NCBI GenBank assembly: GCA_027061725.1
Contig: JAMOVG010000382.1
Coordinates: 15,644 to 79,643 of the forward strand
Source: Desulfobacteraceae bacterium
GTDB lineage: Bacteria > Desulfobacterota > Desulfobacteria > Desulfobacterales > JALSRD01
DNA: 64,000 bases
Direction: 5' to 3'
A program made the position numbers and the translations under genes. Shown one piece after another: positions 9,081-19,865 of the stretch. Position 1 is the first letter of the stretch, and each line of letters opens with the position of its first letter. Under the pieces are notes generated by a model. It was given only the letters and a program-made list of their open reading frames with translations. It ran no database searches and was not told where the DNA came from.

Positions 9081-9878
9081 CTACCACTGGCACTTGGAGC
9101 GGTCCTTTTTGAGCTGGTGAATGCGGCGGTCAATCTCCTTGATGATGTCGACGCCCAACTCCAAGTGCAGATTGGTGAAGCGCTTGAACACCTCGCTGGC
9201 GCGCTCCTTGTTCTTGATGCCGTCCTTGCGCAGCGGCATGTCGGAGATCAGCATCAACGCGCCCACCGGCACGTTCAGGGCGTAGCCCACGGCGAACAGC
9301 GTGGCGATCTCCATGTCGATGGCCAGAATACGTTGCTCCGTGAGGTAATCGATGAACTTCTCGTCGAACTCCCACATGCGGAAGTCGGTGGTGATCATGA
9401 TGCCGGATTTGGGGGGCTTTTCCAGTTTGCGGCTGACCACCTCCTCGCTCACCCGGTTGATCCAGAAGCTCGGCTGGGCCGGCACGTTTTGGGGCAGATA
9501 ATGCACGCTGGTGCCCTCGTCGCGCACGCTGGCGGTGGGAATCAGGAAATCCCCCACAGCCAGGCTGTCGTCGATACCGCCGCACATGCCCAGCATCAGC
9601 ACGCACTCCACCTTGTCCAGGTAAGACAGGCAGTGCATCACGATACCCGCCGACGGGGATCCCACGCCGAAGTCGATCAGGCTGATGTTGTTTTTTTCGT
9701 CGTGCACCACGGCCCAGTTGCCCGACTGTTCCGGGGCGCCGGCCAGGTCGACGAACTGGTCGATGTAGCGCTGGAAATTGCACAGCAGGATGTAGGAACC
9801 GAACTGGTCGAGACTGGAGCCGGTGTAGCGCTCCAGTGTCTGGCGGGCATAACTGTCGGGTCGTAACCGGAAAGCCAT
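9081..9878 (-). CDS. AMP nucleosidase-like / PNP_UDP_1 family nucleoside phosphorylase-fold protein (short form)
   Basis: 265 aa. GVGSPSAGIVMHCL, LMLGMCGG and VRDEGTSVHY motifs of the nucleoside phosphorylase-I fold. The overall layout resembles the catalytic domain of AMP nucleosidase. Confidence 0.7.
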   Translation of the reverse strand: MAFRLRPDSYARQTLERYTGSSLDQFGSYILLCNFQRYIDQFVDLAGAPEQSGNWAVVHDEKNNISLIDFGVGSPSAGIVMHCLSYLDKVECVLMLGMCGGIDDSLAVGDFLIPTASVRDEGTSVHYLPQNVPAQPSFWINRVSEEVVSRKLEKPPKSGIMITTDFRMWEFDEKFIDYLTEQRILAIDMEIATLFAVGYALNVPVGALMLISDMPLRKDGIKNKERASEVFKRFTNLHLELGVDIIKEIDRRIHQLKKDRSKCQW

Positions 9879-10023
9879 CGCATGTCCTCTCTTTGCATAA
9901 CTGATCTCCGGGGCGCCGGGCGCCCCTGCGTCTCAAAGGCCGCGGCGGCACCGAGGCTACGCGGCCGACGGCGACTATAGCTTTTTACCGCCTGCCAGGC
10001 AACCCCGCGGATAGACCGTCATT

Positions 10024-10052
10024 TTGATTTTTTCGGCCGCCGATGATATAAC
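10024..10052 (+). promoter_or_regulatory. Candidate sigma-70 promoter for the Cys-rich small protein
   Basis: TTGATT (10024-10029), a 17-nt spacer, then TATAAC (10047-10052), about 70 nt upstream of ATG 10125. Pattern match only. Confidence 0.3.
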
Positions 10053-10124
10053 GCCCGCGCAAAAAGGGCCTGCAACCATCATAGTTTCACAGCATCAACG
10101 AAATCCAGGAGGGGCCGTACGATC

Positions 10125-10328
10125 ATGGAGTGTAAAAAGGAAACCAACCTGATGTCCTGCAACTGCAGCTACGACCCCTGCCCGCGCAAGGGCATCTGCT
10201 GCGAGTGCATCCGCTACCACCTGAAAATGCGCCAGCTGCCGGCCTGCTGTTTCCCCGACGACGCCGAGCGCACCTACGACCGCTCCTTCGAACACTTCGC
10301 GCGGCTGGTCACCCAGGGTAGTTTGTAA
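10125..10328 (+). CDS. Small cysteine-rich protein (DUF6485-like)
   Basis: 67 aa, [43 protein letters not shown]. It has nine Cys in the first 43 residues. RBS GGAGG lies 9 nt upstream. The pattern matches a conserved small Cys-rich family that I recognise only by recollection. Confidence 0.6.
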   Translation: MECKKETNLMSCNCSYDPCPRKGICCECIRYHLKMRQLPACCFPDDAERTYDRSFEHFARLVTQGSL

Positions 10329-11283
10329 ACCGGCAGCGGCGCGCCAGCCGTCGGACGCGCTGCATGCGCTCCGGCGACAGGAAGCGGCCCAGCACCGGGT
10401 CCGCAGGGTCCGGGGCGCGCCCCAGCAGGTGGCGCTCCAGCAGCGTGATGACCTCCACGGCCTTGTCGGCCGAGGGGTAGCCGTAGTCGTCCAGCGGGAT
10501 CTCTGCCTCATCGCCTACATCGCAGATATTGTTGATGTCCACCAGTTTGAGGGACCCGTCGCGCATCAGGATGAGGTTGCCGACACCCGACAGGTCCGGC
10601 ACCATGCCCGCCTCGCGGATCAGGCGCCGGGCGCCGGCCGTCAGCCGTGCGGCCTGGACCCGCGCGCGGCTGACGGCGCGCGCCACGATCTCTTCGCCAT
10701 CTTCGCACCCGACGTTCATGGCCTGCAGCAGGCGCCGCAGCCCGGCCACCGTCATGGGCAGCCAGGGGTCGAAAATCTCGCCGGCCACGAACTCCTGCAG
10801 GCCGCAGAGCATCACCTGTTTGCGTCCGTCGAAAATGTAGGCCACGATGAACTCGTTGGAGTGGGCGATCAGTTCGCGGCCCAGGCAAGCAGCCACCAGT
10901 TTAAAACGCCGGATTTCGTCAAAAACCTCCCGCAGGGCGACAAACTGCCGCCGGAAGAGCCGCAGCATTTTGACGGGACGCGCGCGGGGAAAGACCGTGA
11001 CGCCGTCTGCCACGACGCCCCGTGTCTCACGCTGCACGTCTTCGTCCCGCAGTACTTCCATGATGTGGGAACGCAACCCCTCGCGGTAGTGCTGGCGAAA
11101 GATGTAGCCGGTGTCGGAGCGGATAAAATTGAGCCCCGCGATGTCCTCGTGGGACAGGAAGGGTTTCACGCGGATATCGCTGCTGAGAGCCATGCGTTCC
11201 TGATACCAGAAAACAGCGCCGCGGCCCAGCACAATCGTAGCGGACTGGGTATCTGCTGTATAGCTGTATAAACGGCTTGACAC
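10309..11283 (-). CDS. Hypothetical protein with protein-kinase-like catalytic-loop signature
   Basis: 324 aa with no family I can name. The C-terminal half has [25 protein letters not shown], resembling the D-x-x-x-x-N catalytic loop plus metal-binding Asp of PK-like/APH-fold kinases. The start is uncertain (M1 at 11283 or M31 at 11193). The 3' end overlaps the convergent small gene by 20 nt. Confidence 0.45.
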   Translation of the reverse strand: MSSRLYSYTADTQSATIVLGRGAVFWYQERMALSSDIRVKPFLSHEDIAGLNFIRSDTGYIFRQHYREGLRSHIMEVLRDEDVQRETRGVVADGVTVFPRARPVKMLRLFRRQFVALREVFDEIRRFKLVAACLGRELIAHSNEFIVAYIFDGRKQVMLCGLQEFVAGEIFDPWLPMTVAGLRRLLQAMNVGCEDGEEIVARAVSRARVQAARLTAGARRLIREAGMVPDLSGVGNLILMRDGSLKLVDINNICDVGDEAEIPLDDYGYPSADKAVEVITLLERHLLGRAPDPADPVLGRFLSPERMQRVRRLARRCRFTNYPG

Positions 11284-11522
11284 ACCCCCCGGCCTCGACT
11301 AATAATTCGCCGGTGGGGCGGGATGCCCAAAAGCCGCCCGCCCCCTTACCACCACCTGAATCCTCCGACCGCAGCATCCGTCAACGTGATGCAGGTGACC
11401 TTCTTATGACCGCCAGCAGGCATTTTCAAGGGAACCCGGCCAAAGGGAGTTTTGCTCAGGAAGGCCGGCAGGTTTCGCTACCGGTCACACCTGCCTGAAC
11501 CCGTGGTAAGCAATCCCTGAAG

Positions 11523-11555
11523 GGGGCGGAGTGGTACTCCGACCCCTTTGTTCTT
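11523..11555 (+). terminator. Intrinsic-terminator-like hairpin in the glpK leader (possible attenuator)
   Basis: GGGGCGGAGT-[GGT]-ACTCCG-A-CCCC gives a 10-bp stem with one bulge. It is followed by TTTGTTCTT and ends about 10 nt before the glpK RBS (GGAAAGG) and ATG 11572. Confidence 0.5.
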
Positions 11556-11571
11556 CGAAAGGAAAGGTACC

Positions 11572-13083
11572 ATGGCCAACTACATCGGGGCCCTGGACCA
11601 GGGCACCACCAGCAACCGCTTCATCATCTTCGACCACGACGGACAGCTTGTGGCCATCGACCAGAAGGAACACCGCCAGATCTTCCCGCAGCCCGGCTGG
11701 GTGGAGCATGACCCGCTCGAGATCTGGCACAACGCGCAGGGCGTCATGCGCGGGGCGCTGGCCCGCGCCGGCATCACGGGCGCCGATCTGGCGGCCGTGG
11801 GCATCACCAACCAGCGTGAGACCACCGTCATCTGGGACAAAAACACCGGAAAGCCCTTTGCCAACGCCGTGGTCTGGCAATGCACGCGCACCGACAACAT
11901 CTGCCGCGAGTTGGAAAGAGAAGGCGGCCAGGACCGCTTCCGCCAGAAGACCGGTCTGCCCGTGGCCACCTACTTTTCGGGTCCCAAGATCAAGTGGCTG
12001 CTGGCGCACCATCCCGAGGCCCGGCGCGCCGCGGAAAAGGGCGAGGCCCTGTTCGGCACCATGGAGACCTGGATCATTTGGTGGCTCACCGGCGGACCGG
12101 CCGGCGGCGCCCATGTCACCGACGTGACCAACGCCAGCCGCACGCTGCTCATGAACCTCGAAACCCTGGAATGGGACGAGGAGATCCTGGCCGTCCTGGA
12201 CATCCCGCGCCGGATGCTGCCGCGCATCGTGCCTTCGGTGGACACGCACACCTGGGGCACCACGGCGGCCGACGGCCCGCTGGGGGCCGCCGTGCCGGTG
12301 TGCGGGGCGCTGGGCGACCAGCAGGCCGCCCTGGTGGGCCAGGCCTGCTTTGATGTGGGCGAAGCCAAAAACACCTACGGCACGGGCTGCTTCCTGCTGC
12401 TCAACACCGGCACCGCGCCGGTGGTTTCGCGCCACGGCCTACTGACCACGGTGGGCTACCGCATGGACAACCGACCGCCGGTTTACTGCCTGGAGGGATC
12501 CATCGCCATCGCCGGCGCCCTGGTGCAGTGGCTGCGCGACAACCTGGGACTGATCGAAAAGGCCCCCGACATTGAGGCCCTGGCCACCAGTGTGCCGGAC
12601 AACGGCGGCGCCTACTTCGTGCCGGCCTTCTCGGGCCTCTTCGCCCCCCATTGGCGCGCCGATGCGCGCGGCGTCATCGCCGGTCTGACGCGCTTCGTCA
12701 ACAAAGGCCACCTGGCGCGCGCCGTGCTCGAGGCTACAGCCTACCAGACGCGCGACATCGTGGAGGCCATGAACCGCGACTCGGGCGTGGCGCTCAAGAA
12801 ACTCAAGGTCGACGGCGGCATGGTGGCCAACGAACTGCTCATGCAATTTCAGGCCGACATCCTGGACGTGCCCGTCATACGCCCGCGGGTGGCCGAAACC
12901 ACGGCCCTGGGCGCGGCCTACGCCGCCGGCATGGCGGTAGGCTTCTGGCAGGGGCTGGACGAACTGCGGCGCAACTGGGCCGTGGACCGAACCTGGCAGC
13001 CGGCCATGGAGGCCGCCGTGCGGGAGCAGTACTGCCGGCAGTGGCAAAAGGCCGTGGAGAAAACCCTCGGCTGGAAAGAATAG
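11572..13083 (+). CDS. glpK: Glycerol kinase
   Basis: The start was moved to ATG 11572 ([21 protein letters not shown]). FGGY-family motifs run throughout ([42 protein letters not shown]). 503 aa. Confidence 0.95.
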   Translation: MANYIGALDQGTTSNRFIIFDHDGQLVAIDQKEHRQIFPQPGWVEHDPLEIWHNAQGVMRGALARAGITGADLAAVGITNQRETTVIWDKNTGKPFANAVVWQCTRTDNICRELEREGGQDRFRQKTGLPVATYFSGPKIKWLLAHHPEARRAAEKGEALFGTMETWIIWWLTGGPAGGAHVTDVTNASRTLLMNLETLEWDEEILAVLDIPRRMLPRIVPSVDTHTWGTTAADGPLGAAVPVCGALGDQQAALVGQACFDVGEAKNTYGTGCFLLLNTGTAPVVSRHGLLTTVGYRMDNRPPVYCLEGSIAIAGALVQWLRDNLGLIEKAPDIEALATSVPDNGGAYFVPAFSGLFAPHWRADARGVIAGLTRFVNKGHLARAVLEATAYQTRDIVEAMNRDSGVALKKLKVDGGMVANELLMQFQADILDVPVIRPRVAETTALGAAYAAGMAVGFWQGLDELRRNWAVDRTWQPAMEAAVREQYCRQWQKAVEKTLGWKE

Positions 13084-13097
13084 CAGAGGCCGCCGAC

Positions 13098-13730
13098 ATG
13101 CCGCCCACGCTTACGCTGCTGGCTGCGCTCTCGGCCGTGATTCACATCCGCGCGGAGTACCGCGGCCCGCGGTGGTGCGTCTACATCTTCAAGCCCCTGA
13201 CCATGGGGTTCATCGTGCTGATCGCCGTCACGGGCCCACCGGGTCCGGGCGCCTACCGGCACCTGGTCATCGGCGGGCTGCTCTTTTCGCTGGCGGGCGA
13301 CGTCTTTCTGATGCTGCCGTCGGACGGCTTCGTGGCCGGGCTCGTGGCCTTTCTGGTGGCGCACCTCTTCTATATTGCGGCCTTCGCCCCGGCCGCAGGC
13401 GCTCTGCAGTGGTGGCCCGTCCTGCCCCTGGCCGCCTACGGCGTGGGGATCTACCGCACATTGGCGCCCGGCCTGGGAAAACTGAAACCGCCGGTGCTGG
13501 CCTACATCGCGGTTATCATGGTGATGGCCTGGATGGGGTGGGAGCAATGGCTCCAGGCGGGCCGAACCGGGGCGCTGATGGCTTTTGCGGGGGCCCTGCT
13601 GTTCGTGGTCTCGGACACCGTGCTGGCACTCAACCGCTTCGGCCGAGGCTTCAAAGCGGCCCGCGCCCTGAACCTGTCGACCTACTTCGCTGCCCAGTGG
13701 CTGATCGCCGGGTCGGTGCGCATGGGATGA
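13098..13730 (+). CDS. YhhN-family membrane protein (lysoplasmalogenase family)
   Basis: The real start is ATG 13098 within track ORF 12651..13730. The product, MPPTLTLLAALSAVIHIRAEY...FKPLTM...GDVFLM...FLVAHLFYI, has the YhhN signature. 14 nt downstream of glpK. Confidence 0.8.
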   Translation: MPPTLTLLAALSAVIHIRAEYRGPRWCVYIFKPLTMGFIVLIAVTGPPGPGAYRHLVIGGLLFSLAGDVFLMLPSDGFVAGLVAFLVAHLFYIAAFAPAAGALQWWPVLPLAAYGVGIYRTLAPGLGKLKPPVLAYIAVIMVMAWMGWEQWLQAGRTGALMAFAGALLFVVSDTVLALNRFGRGFKAARALNLSTYFAAQWLIAGSVRMG

Positions 13731-13745
13731 GGAAGGAAGGTGCGG

Positions 13746-13775
13746 CGCGCAGGCGGAAAACACCTTGCCTGCGCG
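13746..13775. terminator. 9-bp perfect hairpin between convergent yhhN and permease genes
   Basis: CGCGCAGGC-[12 nt]-GCCTGCGCG. No clear U-tract on either strand, so only a candidate bidirectional terminator. Confidence 0.35.
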
Positions 13776-13823
13776 TCCGGGCTGGCGTGAAAACCGGCGG
13801 CGACTACCTGCCGCCGTCGCCGG

Positions 13824-14942
13824 CTAGCCGATCAGCGCATTGAAAAGATACCCCACCAGCAGGATGCCGCTGCCCACCACGGCCACAAACACGCCGATCA
13901 GGCGGGGCTTGAGCACTTTGCGCAGGATCACCATCTCGGGCAGCGACAGGGCGATCACCGACATCATGAAGGCCAGCGCCGTGCCCAGGGCGGCGCCCTT
14001 GCCGATGAGGGCCTCCAGGATGGGCACCATGCCGGCGGCGTTGGAGTACATGGGAATGCCCATCAACACGGCCGCCGGCACCGACCACCAGGCGCCCTTG
14101 CCCATGATGGCGGCCATCATGCCCTCGGGCACGTAGCCGTGAATAACAGCCCCCACGGCGATGCCGGCCACCACGAAGATCCATACCTTGCCCACAATGT
14201 CGCGCACCGCCTGCCAGCCCTGGCCGAAACGCTGGGACCAGGTGAGCCGCACCTCCGGCACCTGCGAGGCGTCGGTGCGCATCTGCAGCACCCAGCCCTC
14301 GATATGGCGCTCCATCTTCAGACGCCCGATGACCCAGCCGGCCACGATGGCCACGGCCAGGCCGGTGGCCACGTACAGCGCCGCGACCTTCCAGCCCAGA
14401 AGCCCGAAGAGCAGCACCACGGCCACCTCGTTGATCATGGGCGCGGCAATGAGAAAGGAGAAGGTCACCCCCAGGGGCACCCCGGCGGTCACAAAACCGA
14501 TGAACAGCGGCACCGCCGAACACGAGCAGAAGGGCGTGGCGATGCCCAGCAGGGCCGCCAATCCGTTGCCCAGGGACTCGCGCTTTCCGGCCAGCACGGC
14601 CCGGGAGCGCTCGGGCGTGAAAAACGTGCGCAGCACGCCCACCCCGAATACCACCAGGGTCAGCAGCAACAGCACCTTGGGCGTGTCGTAGAGGAAAAAC
14701 TGTACAGCCTCTCCCAGTCGGCTGCCTTTCGTGATGCCCAGCAGGGTGAAGGTGATCCAGTGCGACAGCGGCAGCAACTGACTGTAAACCGCGTACCAGA
14801 TCCCCAGCCCCACCAGGGCCTGCAGGATTTTTCCGGCCGTGATGCCGCCCCCGCCCTCCGGGGCGGAAAAATCGGCCGCCTTGGCAGTCTTTTCGGCCGT
14901 GCAGCCGCAACTAGCCATGGGTAGTGTTTCCATTTTTTTCAT
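13824..14942 (-). CDS. COG0701/UPF0718 (ArsP-type) permease
   Basis: The start was moved to ATG 14942 (MKKMETLPMASCGCTAEK). The conserved TPFCSCSAVPLF motif and 8 or more TM segments are typical of this permease family. Confidence 0.8.
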   Translation of the reverse strand: MKKMETLPMASCGCTAEKTAKAADFSAPEGGGGITAGKILQALVGLGIWYAVYSQLLPLSHWITFTLLGITKGSRLGEAVQFFLYDTPKVLLLLTLVVFGVGVLRTFFTPERSRAVLAGKRESLGNGLAALLGIATPFCSCSAVPLFIGFVTAGVPLGVTFSFLIAAPMINEVAVVLLFGLLGWKVAALYVATGLAVAIVAGWVIGRLKMERHIEGWVLQMRTDASQVPEVRLTWSQRFGQGWQAVRDIVGKVWIFVVAGIAVGAVIHGYVPEGMMAAIMGKGAWWSVPAAVLMGIPMYSNAAGMVPILEALIGKGAALGTALAFMMSVIALSLPEMVILRKVLKPRLIGVFVAVVGSGILLVGYLFNALIG

Positions 14943-15007
14943 CGTTCGACAAACCTTATTTCTAAAAGCCTGGGGGAAAAACCATCTTGAAGCACCACTC
15001 ATATAAC

Positions 15008-15021
15008 TATATAGCTATATA
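15008..15021. repeat. 14-bp perfect AT-rich palindrome TATATAGCTATATA (possible operator)
   Basis: Read directly from the sequence. It lies 66 nt upstream of the permease start, in the divergent permease/H-NOX intergenic region. Confidence 0.4.
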
Positions 15022-15220
15022 TAACACTTGTTTTTTCCTGTCAAGGAAAGAAACGGGACGGACTGCGAAACTCGTCCTTGCCGGTCTCAATGAGCGTCGA
15101 AAATAGCGGGCGTATTGAATTTTGACTCAAGGAAATCGCATGGATGTCGATACTTTCAAACATATCAGTAATATCCTGCCAAGACACTCTTGCGCAGCAA
15201 CCCGGCTCGGGGAGAAGAAA

Positions 15221-15760
15221 ATGAAGGGAATCGTATTTGTTCACTTCATGGAAATGATAGGGGAAAAGTTCGGCCTGCAGATGGAAGACCACCTTGTGAG
15301 CATTTCCGATCTTCCCAGCGACGGCATCTATACAACAGTCGGCACCTACGATCACACGGAACTGCTTGAACTGGTGGGGCGTTTGAGCAACGAGACCGGT
15401 GAGGCGGCTGGCGATATTGTAACGGATTTCGGCCGCTACCTGTTTTCAAAACTCGCGGAATCCTACGGACGGCTGCTGAACAACATTCCGGACGTCTTTT
15501 CCCTGCTCACTCAAGTTGACGATTTTATCCACGTGGAGGTGCGCAAGCTCTACCCGGAAGCGGAACTGCCGAGTTTTCAACACCAACTGCTCAATGGCGG
15601 CCGACTCGAATTGATATACCAGTCCCCAAGACCTTTCGAGAACCTCGCCCGGGGACTGATCGAAGGGGCCATCGCCTACTACAATGAACCCGTTCAACTG
15701 GAAAAAATGGAGCCGATGCCGGGCGGTCCCAATCAATATCGGTTCCTGCTGACCCGGTAA
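15221..15760 (+). CDS. hnoX: H-NOX (heme nitric oxide/oxygen-binding) sensor protein
   Basis: The start was moved to ATG 15221 (RBS GGAGA), giving MKGIVFVHFMEMIGEKFG. The proximal-His motif DDFIHVEVRKLYP and the heme-propionate Y-x-S-x-R motif (YQSPR) are both present. 179 aa, stand-alone. Confidence 0.85.
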   Translation: MKGIVFVHFMEMIGEKFGLQMEDHLVSISDLPSDGIYTTVGTYDHTELLELVGRLSNETGEAAGDIVTDFGRYLFSKLAESYGRLLNNIPDVFSLLTQVDDFIHVEVRKLYPEAELPSFQHQLLNGGRLELIYQSPRPFENLARGLIEGAIAYYNEPVQLEKMEPMPGGPNQYRFLLTR

Positions 15761-15775
15761 AAAAAGGCATTTTCC

Positions 15776-18700
15776 ATGAATGAAATAGAGCTCTTAACCC
15801 GCAAACTGGCCCGCGAGAAAAAAGCGCGCCAGCTCGCCGAAAGCCTCCTGGAGAAAAAGAGCCAGGAGCTTTATATAACGAACCGCAGACTGACCGGAAG
15901 CAACCGCAGACTGGTCGAAATCAACAGCAGTCTGAATGAGGAAATCCGCAGGCACCGCCTCACGGCGGCGGCACTTGCCGAAAAATCCGTTCTGTTGGAC
16001 AACATTCTGCGAAGCGCCACCGAATCGGCAATCACCACGGCGGACCTGGATTTCCGCATCACCTACTTCAACTCCAAGGCAGAAGAGTTTTTCGGATGTT
16101 CCGCGAACCAAGTTGTTGGAAAAACGATACAAGAATCCGGTTTAATACATAATTTCGACCCGGTCCGTTTTCAACGTACGGTAGACAAGATTAAAAGAGA
16201 GGGGGTGCACCGGTTTGAGACCAAAATTCTGGGCGAAAGCGGCGCCCAGTTCTTTGAGGTCAGGGCCTCGGGCATCTGGGATGAAGCCGGTCAACTGACG
16301 GGATACGCTCTTTTCATACGGGATACAACAGCGCAAAAGTCGGCTGAATTCGCATTGAAAGAAAGCGAAACAAAATATCGCACCCTGTTCGATGCCTCCA
16401 ACGATGCCGTCATCCTTCTCGATGAGAATGCATTCTCCTTCGAATGCAACCCGGCCACCCTATCGCTCTTTGGTTACACGCAAAAAACGGAGTTCTTTGG
16501 GCAATTCTTCCAACAGTGTTCACCGGCCTGTCAGCCGTGCGGTGAAAAATCCATGATACTGGCCGCCGAGAAGCTTGAAAAGGCCATTGATGAGGGCTTT
16601 TGCCGCTTCGATTGGACGTACAAGCGACTGGATGGCACCTGTTTCCCGGCCGAGGTGCTGTTGAGCCGGATGGACTACGGTCAACGCATGATCCTCATGA
16701 TGGTGGTTCGCGACATTACGGAGCGCAAACAGGTCGAGGATCAACTCCGCAAGGCCAAAGAACTGGCCGAGGCGGCCAACCTGGCCAAAAGCGCATTCCT
16801 GGCCAACATGAGCCATGAAATCCGGACACCGCTCAACGGGATCCTCGGAATGCTGACGCTGCTGCAGAATGCAGACTTAAATCATACGGACAGGGAATAT
16901 GTCCAGACGGCCATCACATCGGCGGAATCCCTCCTGGGAATTATCAACAAGGTTCTGGATTTTTCCAAAATCGAAGCCGGCGAACTTGTCCTGGAAAGGC
17001 ATGTTTTCGATTTGGAAAAATTGCTCCAGGAAGTTGGCGAAATACTGGCGCCCATGGCTTTTGAAAAGCAGATTGACCTTGTCCTGCGGTATGCGCCCGA
17101 AGCCCCCCGCTGGTTTATCGGCGACAGGACGCGTCTGCACCAAATCCTGAATAATCTGGGAAGCAATGCTGTAAAATTTACGAACAGCGGATATGTCAGC
17201 ATCGAAATTGACATCCGCAAAATAAATGCCAATAGCGCTGCTGCAAAGATACAGGTTAGGGATACCGGCATCGGCATAGAACCATCCAAACAGTCCATCA
17301 TTTTCAACCACTTCACTCAGGCCGACAACTCGACCACGCGGCGCTATGGGGGAACCGGGCTTGGGCTTGCGATATGCCGCCAGCTCGTAGAACTTATGGG
17401 AGGGGATCTGCGCTTGGAAAGCGAACCCGGCGTCGGAACAATTTTCTCCTTTACCATTCGTATGCCGCTGGCTTCCGAGCTACAAAATGACTCTTCCCTC
17501 TACAAACAAGGCCTTCCTCGAGTACTGGTTGTATGTCAAGAACGCAGGCAGCGGCAAATACTTGAGACTTACTTAAAGGCATGGAAAACGGATTTTGATA
17601 TCGCAGACGATGCACAGGCAGCATATAGATTGCTGCAATACACCGGCAATCAGTTTGCGATCGTTATCGCGGATGATCGCGATGTTGAGGCCGAAAGCTT
17701 CGGGAAGACGATAAGAAATGATCTTTCCTTAGATAATCTCGCCCTGGTTCTGCTTTCCACCATCGGGCACCATGGTCAAAAAGCAGCAATTGAAGCCGGC
17801 TTCACTGCTGTCATTAATCGTCCCTGCACCCCGTCATCTCTATTCGACCGCTTAACATCGATTGTCAATGGAGAGCAATCCGTCGGAAACAATCGCCGGC
17901 GGAAAAACGAGGCGGATATGCAAAAGCCCGACAGGGCATCCGCACTGCAGTCTGTTCGAATACTGCTTGTCGAAGACAATAAAGTTAACCGGATGGGCAC
18001 TCTGGGGATCCTCAAACTGTTGGGATACACGCAGGTGGACGTTGCTGAGAACGGACAAATCGCCGTCGACAAGGCCCGCGAACAGTCTTTCGATCTTATC
18101 CTGATGGATATTCAGATGCCTGTGATGGACGGTTACGAAGCCACACGCCTTATCCGTCTTCTCGAAATGCGCCGCATGCAAAACGAAAAATCGCCGAACA
18201 TACGACACCATGTCCCCATCGTTGCTATGACCGCCAGCGCATTCGAGGAAGAGCGTCAGCGGTGCCTTCGAGCGGGGATGGACGACTTCGTGAGCAAACC
18301 TGTTCGAAAGGAGACTCTCAGGAATGTCGTCGTCCGCCTGACCAATCAATCATCCGGGAGTAAAGATGAGTCCACGTCTAGAGGCGAAAATAACGGGTCG
18401 GACAATCGGGATGAACTGCCGGTTTTCAACTTCGAGGAGGCCATGGAGCGATATGAAGGAGACCGGGACATTCTAAAAGCGATCATCGATGAATTCCTGT
18501 CCCAGACGCAGGTAGCGATAGAGGAAATAGAGAAGGGCATTTTGTCCGGGGATCTTCAGATGGTGAGAAAAAAGGCTCATGCACTAAAAGGCGGCGCCGC
18601 CTATATTGCGGCCGAGCGTTTCCGCCATGCGGCCTATGAATTGGAAACCCTCGGAACCAACCGGAAGGCAACCCTTTCCCTGCTCCCGAAACTGCGTGAG

Positions 18701-18781
18701 GAGTTCCACCGTTTCAAGAATCAGTTGTCCGATTTCGACTGGTCCGAAGGCTCGTCACTGGCATCCGTGGCAAATGGGTAA
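15776..18781 (+). CDS. Hybrid sensor histidine kinase (coiled coil, 2 PAS, HisKA-HATPase, pseudo-REC, REC, Hpt)
   Basis: 1001 aa. H-box [11 protein letters not shown]; N/G boxes [21 protein letters not shown]; receiver [13 protein letters not shown]...MTA; C-terminal Hpt [11 protein letters not shown]. It starts 15 nt after the H-NOX gene. Confidence 0.9.
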   Translation: MNEIELLTRKLAREKKARQLAESLLEKKSQELYITNRRLTGSNRRLVEINSSLNEEIRRHRLTAAALAEKSVLLDNILRSATESAITTADLDFRITYFNSKAEEFFGCSANQVVGKTIQESGLIHNFDPVRFQRTVDKIKREGVHRFETKILGESGAQFFEVRASGIWDEAGQLTGYALFIRDTTAQKSAEFALKESETKYRTLFDASNDAVILLDENAFSFECNPATLSLFGYTQKTEFFGQFFQQCSPACQPCGEKSMILAAEKLEKAIDEGFCRFDWTYKRLDGTCFPAEVLLSRMDYGQRMILMMVVRDITERKQVEDQLRKAKELAEAANLAKSAFLANMSHEIRTPLNGILGMLTLLQNADLNHTDREYVQTAITSAESLLGIINKVLDFSKIEAGELVLERHVFDLEKLLQEVGEILAPMAFEKQIDLVLRYAPEAPRWFIGDRTRLHQILNNLGSNAVKFTNSGYVSIEIDIRKINANSAAAKIQVRDTGIGIEPSKQSIIFNHFTQADNSTTRRYGGTGLGLAICRQLVELMGGDLRLESEPGVGTIFSFTIRMPLASELQNDSSLYKQGLPRVLVVCQERRQRQILETYLKAWKTDFDIADDAQAAYRLLQYTGNQFAIVIADDRDVEAESFGKTIRNDLSLDNLALVLLSTIGHHGQKAAIEAGFTAVINRPCTPSSLFDRLTSIVNGEQSVGNNRRRKNEADMQKPDRASALQSVRILLVEDNKVNRMGTLGILKLLGYTQVDVAENGQIAVDKAREQSFDLILMDIQMPVMDGYEATRLIRLLEMRRMQNEKSPNIRHHVPIVAMTASAFEEERQRCLRAGMDDFVSKPVRKETLRNVVVRLTNQSSGSKDESTSRGENNGSDNRDELPVFNFEEAMERYEGDRDILKAIIDEFLSQTQVAIEEIEKGILSGDLQMVRKKAHALKGGAAYIAAERFRHAAYELETLGTNRKATLSLLPKLREEFHRFKNQLSDFDWSEGSSLASVANG

Positions 18782-18860
18782 GTGCATCGGATGCAAGTAG
18801 ATCCATTGCCAACGAAACAGTCGCCTACCGACCCATCCCCAAAAGAGGCAGGGAACCGAT

Positions 18861-19865
18861 ATGAAAGTCCTGGTGGCTGACGACGAAATTGTCAGTTTGA
18901 AGACGCTTGAAATCTTTGTTAGCAAGTTGGGATACGAGGTTCTCACAGCCAAAAATGGGCAGGAAGCCTACGACATCTGGCAGCGGGAGCGGCCTCAACT
19001 GGTGATTACCGACTGGGAGATGCCTTACATCAACGGTCGCGATTTGTGCACACGCATCAGGCAGTGGCCACAGGACAACTACACCTACATCATTCTGGTA
19101 ACCAGCAGGGACAAAGTACAGGATATTGTCGAGGGCATGCATGCCGGGGCCGATGACTATATCACCAAACCCTTCAATAAAGATGAACTCAACGCACGCA
19201 TCAGGGCGGGCAAACGTATCATCGACTTCCAGAGCAAAGACATACTGATCTTTGCTCTGGCCAAATTGGCCGAATCCAGAGACGAAGATACCGGCGATCA
19301 TCTCGAGCGCGTCCGGCACTATTCAAAGACTTTGGCGGAGACACTGTACAACAGCGGTGACGGTTCTGGCGAACTGGACAGTCAACTGATCGACAATATT
19401 TTCCTGACCAGTCCCCTGCACGATATCGGCAAAGTGGGAATCCCCGATTACGTACTTTTAAAACCCGGCAGGCTTGACGACAACGAATTTGAGGTCATGA
19501 AAAGCCATACCATCATCGGCTATAAGACGCTGACGGAAGCCATGGAAAAAGCCCCCAGCGCCGGATACCTGCGGGTTGCAGCAGAGATTGCACGCCACCA
19601 CCACGAAAAATGGGATGGGAGCGGGTATCCCGACAGGCTCAAGGGGGACCAGATCCATATCGCCAGCCGCATCTTTGCGATAGCAGACGTCTACGACGCC
19701 CTGGTTTCGAAAAGGCCCTACAAATCGCCCATGAGCCACGAACGGGCCAAGGCCATCATTACCGACGCCAATGGCACTCATTTCGACCCCGTGGTCGTAA
19801 AAGCCTTTTTACGTTGTGAACAGCGATTTCTAGAAATATTCAGGTCCATCGGCGACATTAAATAA
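18861..19865 (+). CDS. Response regulator with HD-GYP c-di-GMP phosphodiesterase domain
   Basis: 334 aa. REC domain (MKVLVADDE...VITDWEMPYINGRDL...VTS). HD-GYP domain (HLERV, PLHDIGKVGIP, HHEKWDGSGYP). Confidence 0.9.
   Translation: MKVLVADDEIVSLKTLEIFVSKLGYEVLTAKNGQEAYDIWQRERPQLVITDWEMPYINGRDLCTRIRQWPQDNYTYIILVTSRDKVQDIVEGMHAGADDYITKPFNKDELNARIRAGKRIIDFQSKDILIFALAKLAESRDEDTGDHLERVRHYSKTLAETLYNSGDGSGELDSQLIDNIFLTSPLHDIGKVGIPDYVLLKPGRLDDNEFEVMKSHTIIGYKTLTEAMEKAPSAGYLRVAAEIARHHHEKWDGSGYPDRLKGDQIHIASRIFAIADVYDALVSKRPYKSPMSHERAKAIITDANGTHFDPVVVKAFLRCEQRFLEIFRSIGDIK

Noticed and set aside
15041-15355. 104-aa minus-strand ORF overlapping the H-NOX start region
   Set aside because: It overlaps the well-supported H-NOX gene on the opposite strand. 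It has no RBS or recognisable motif.
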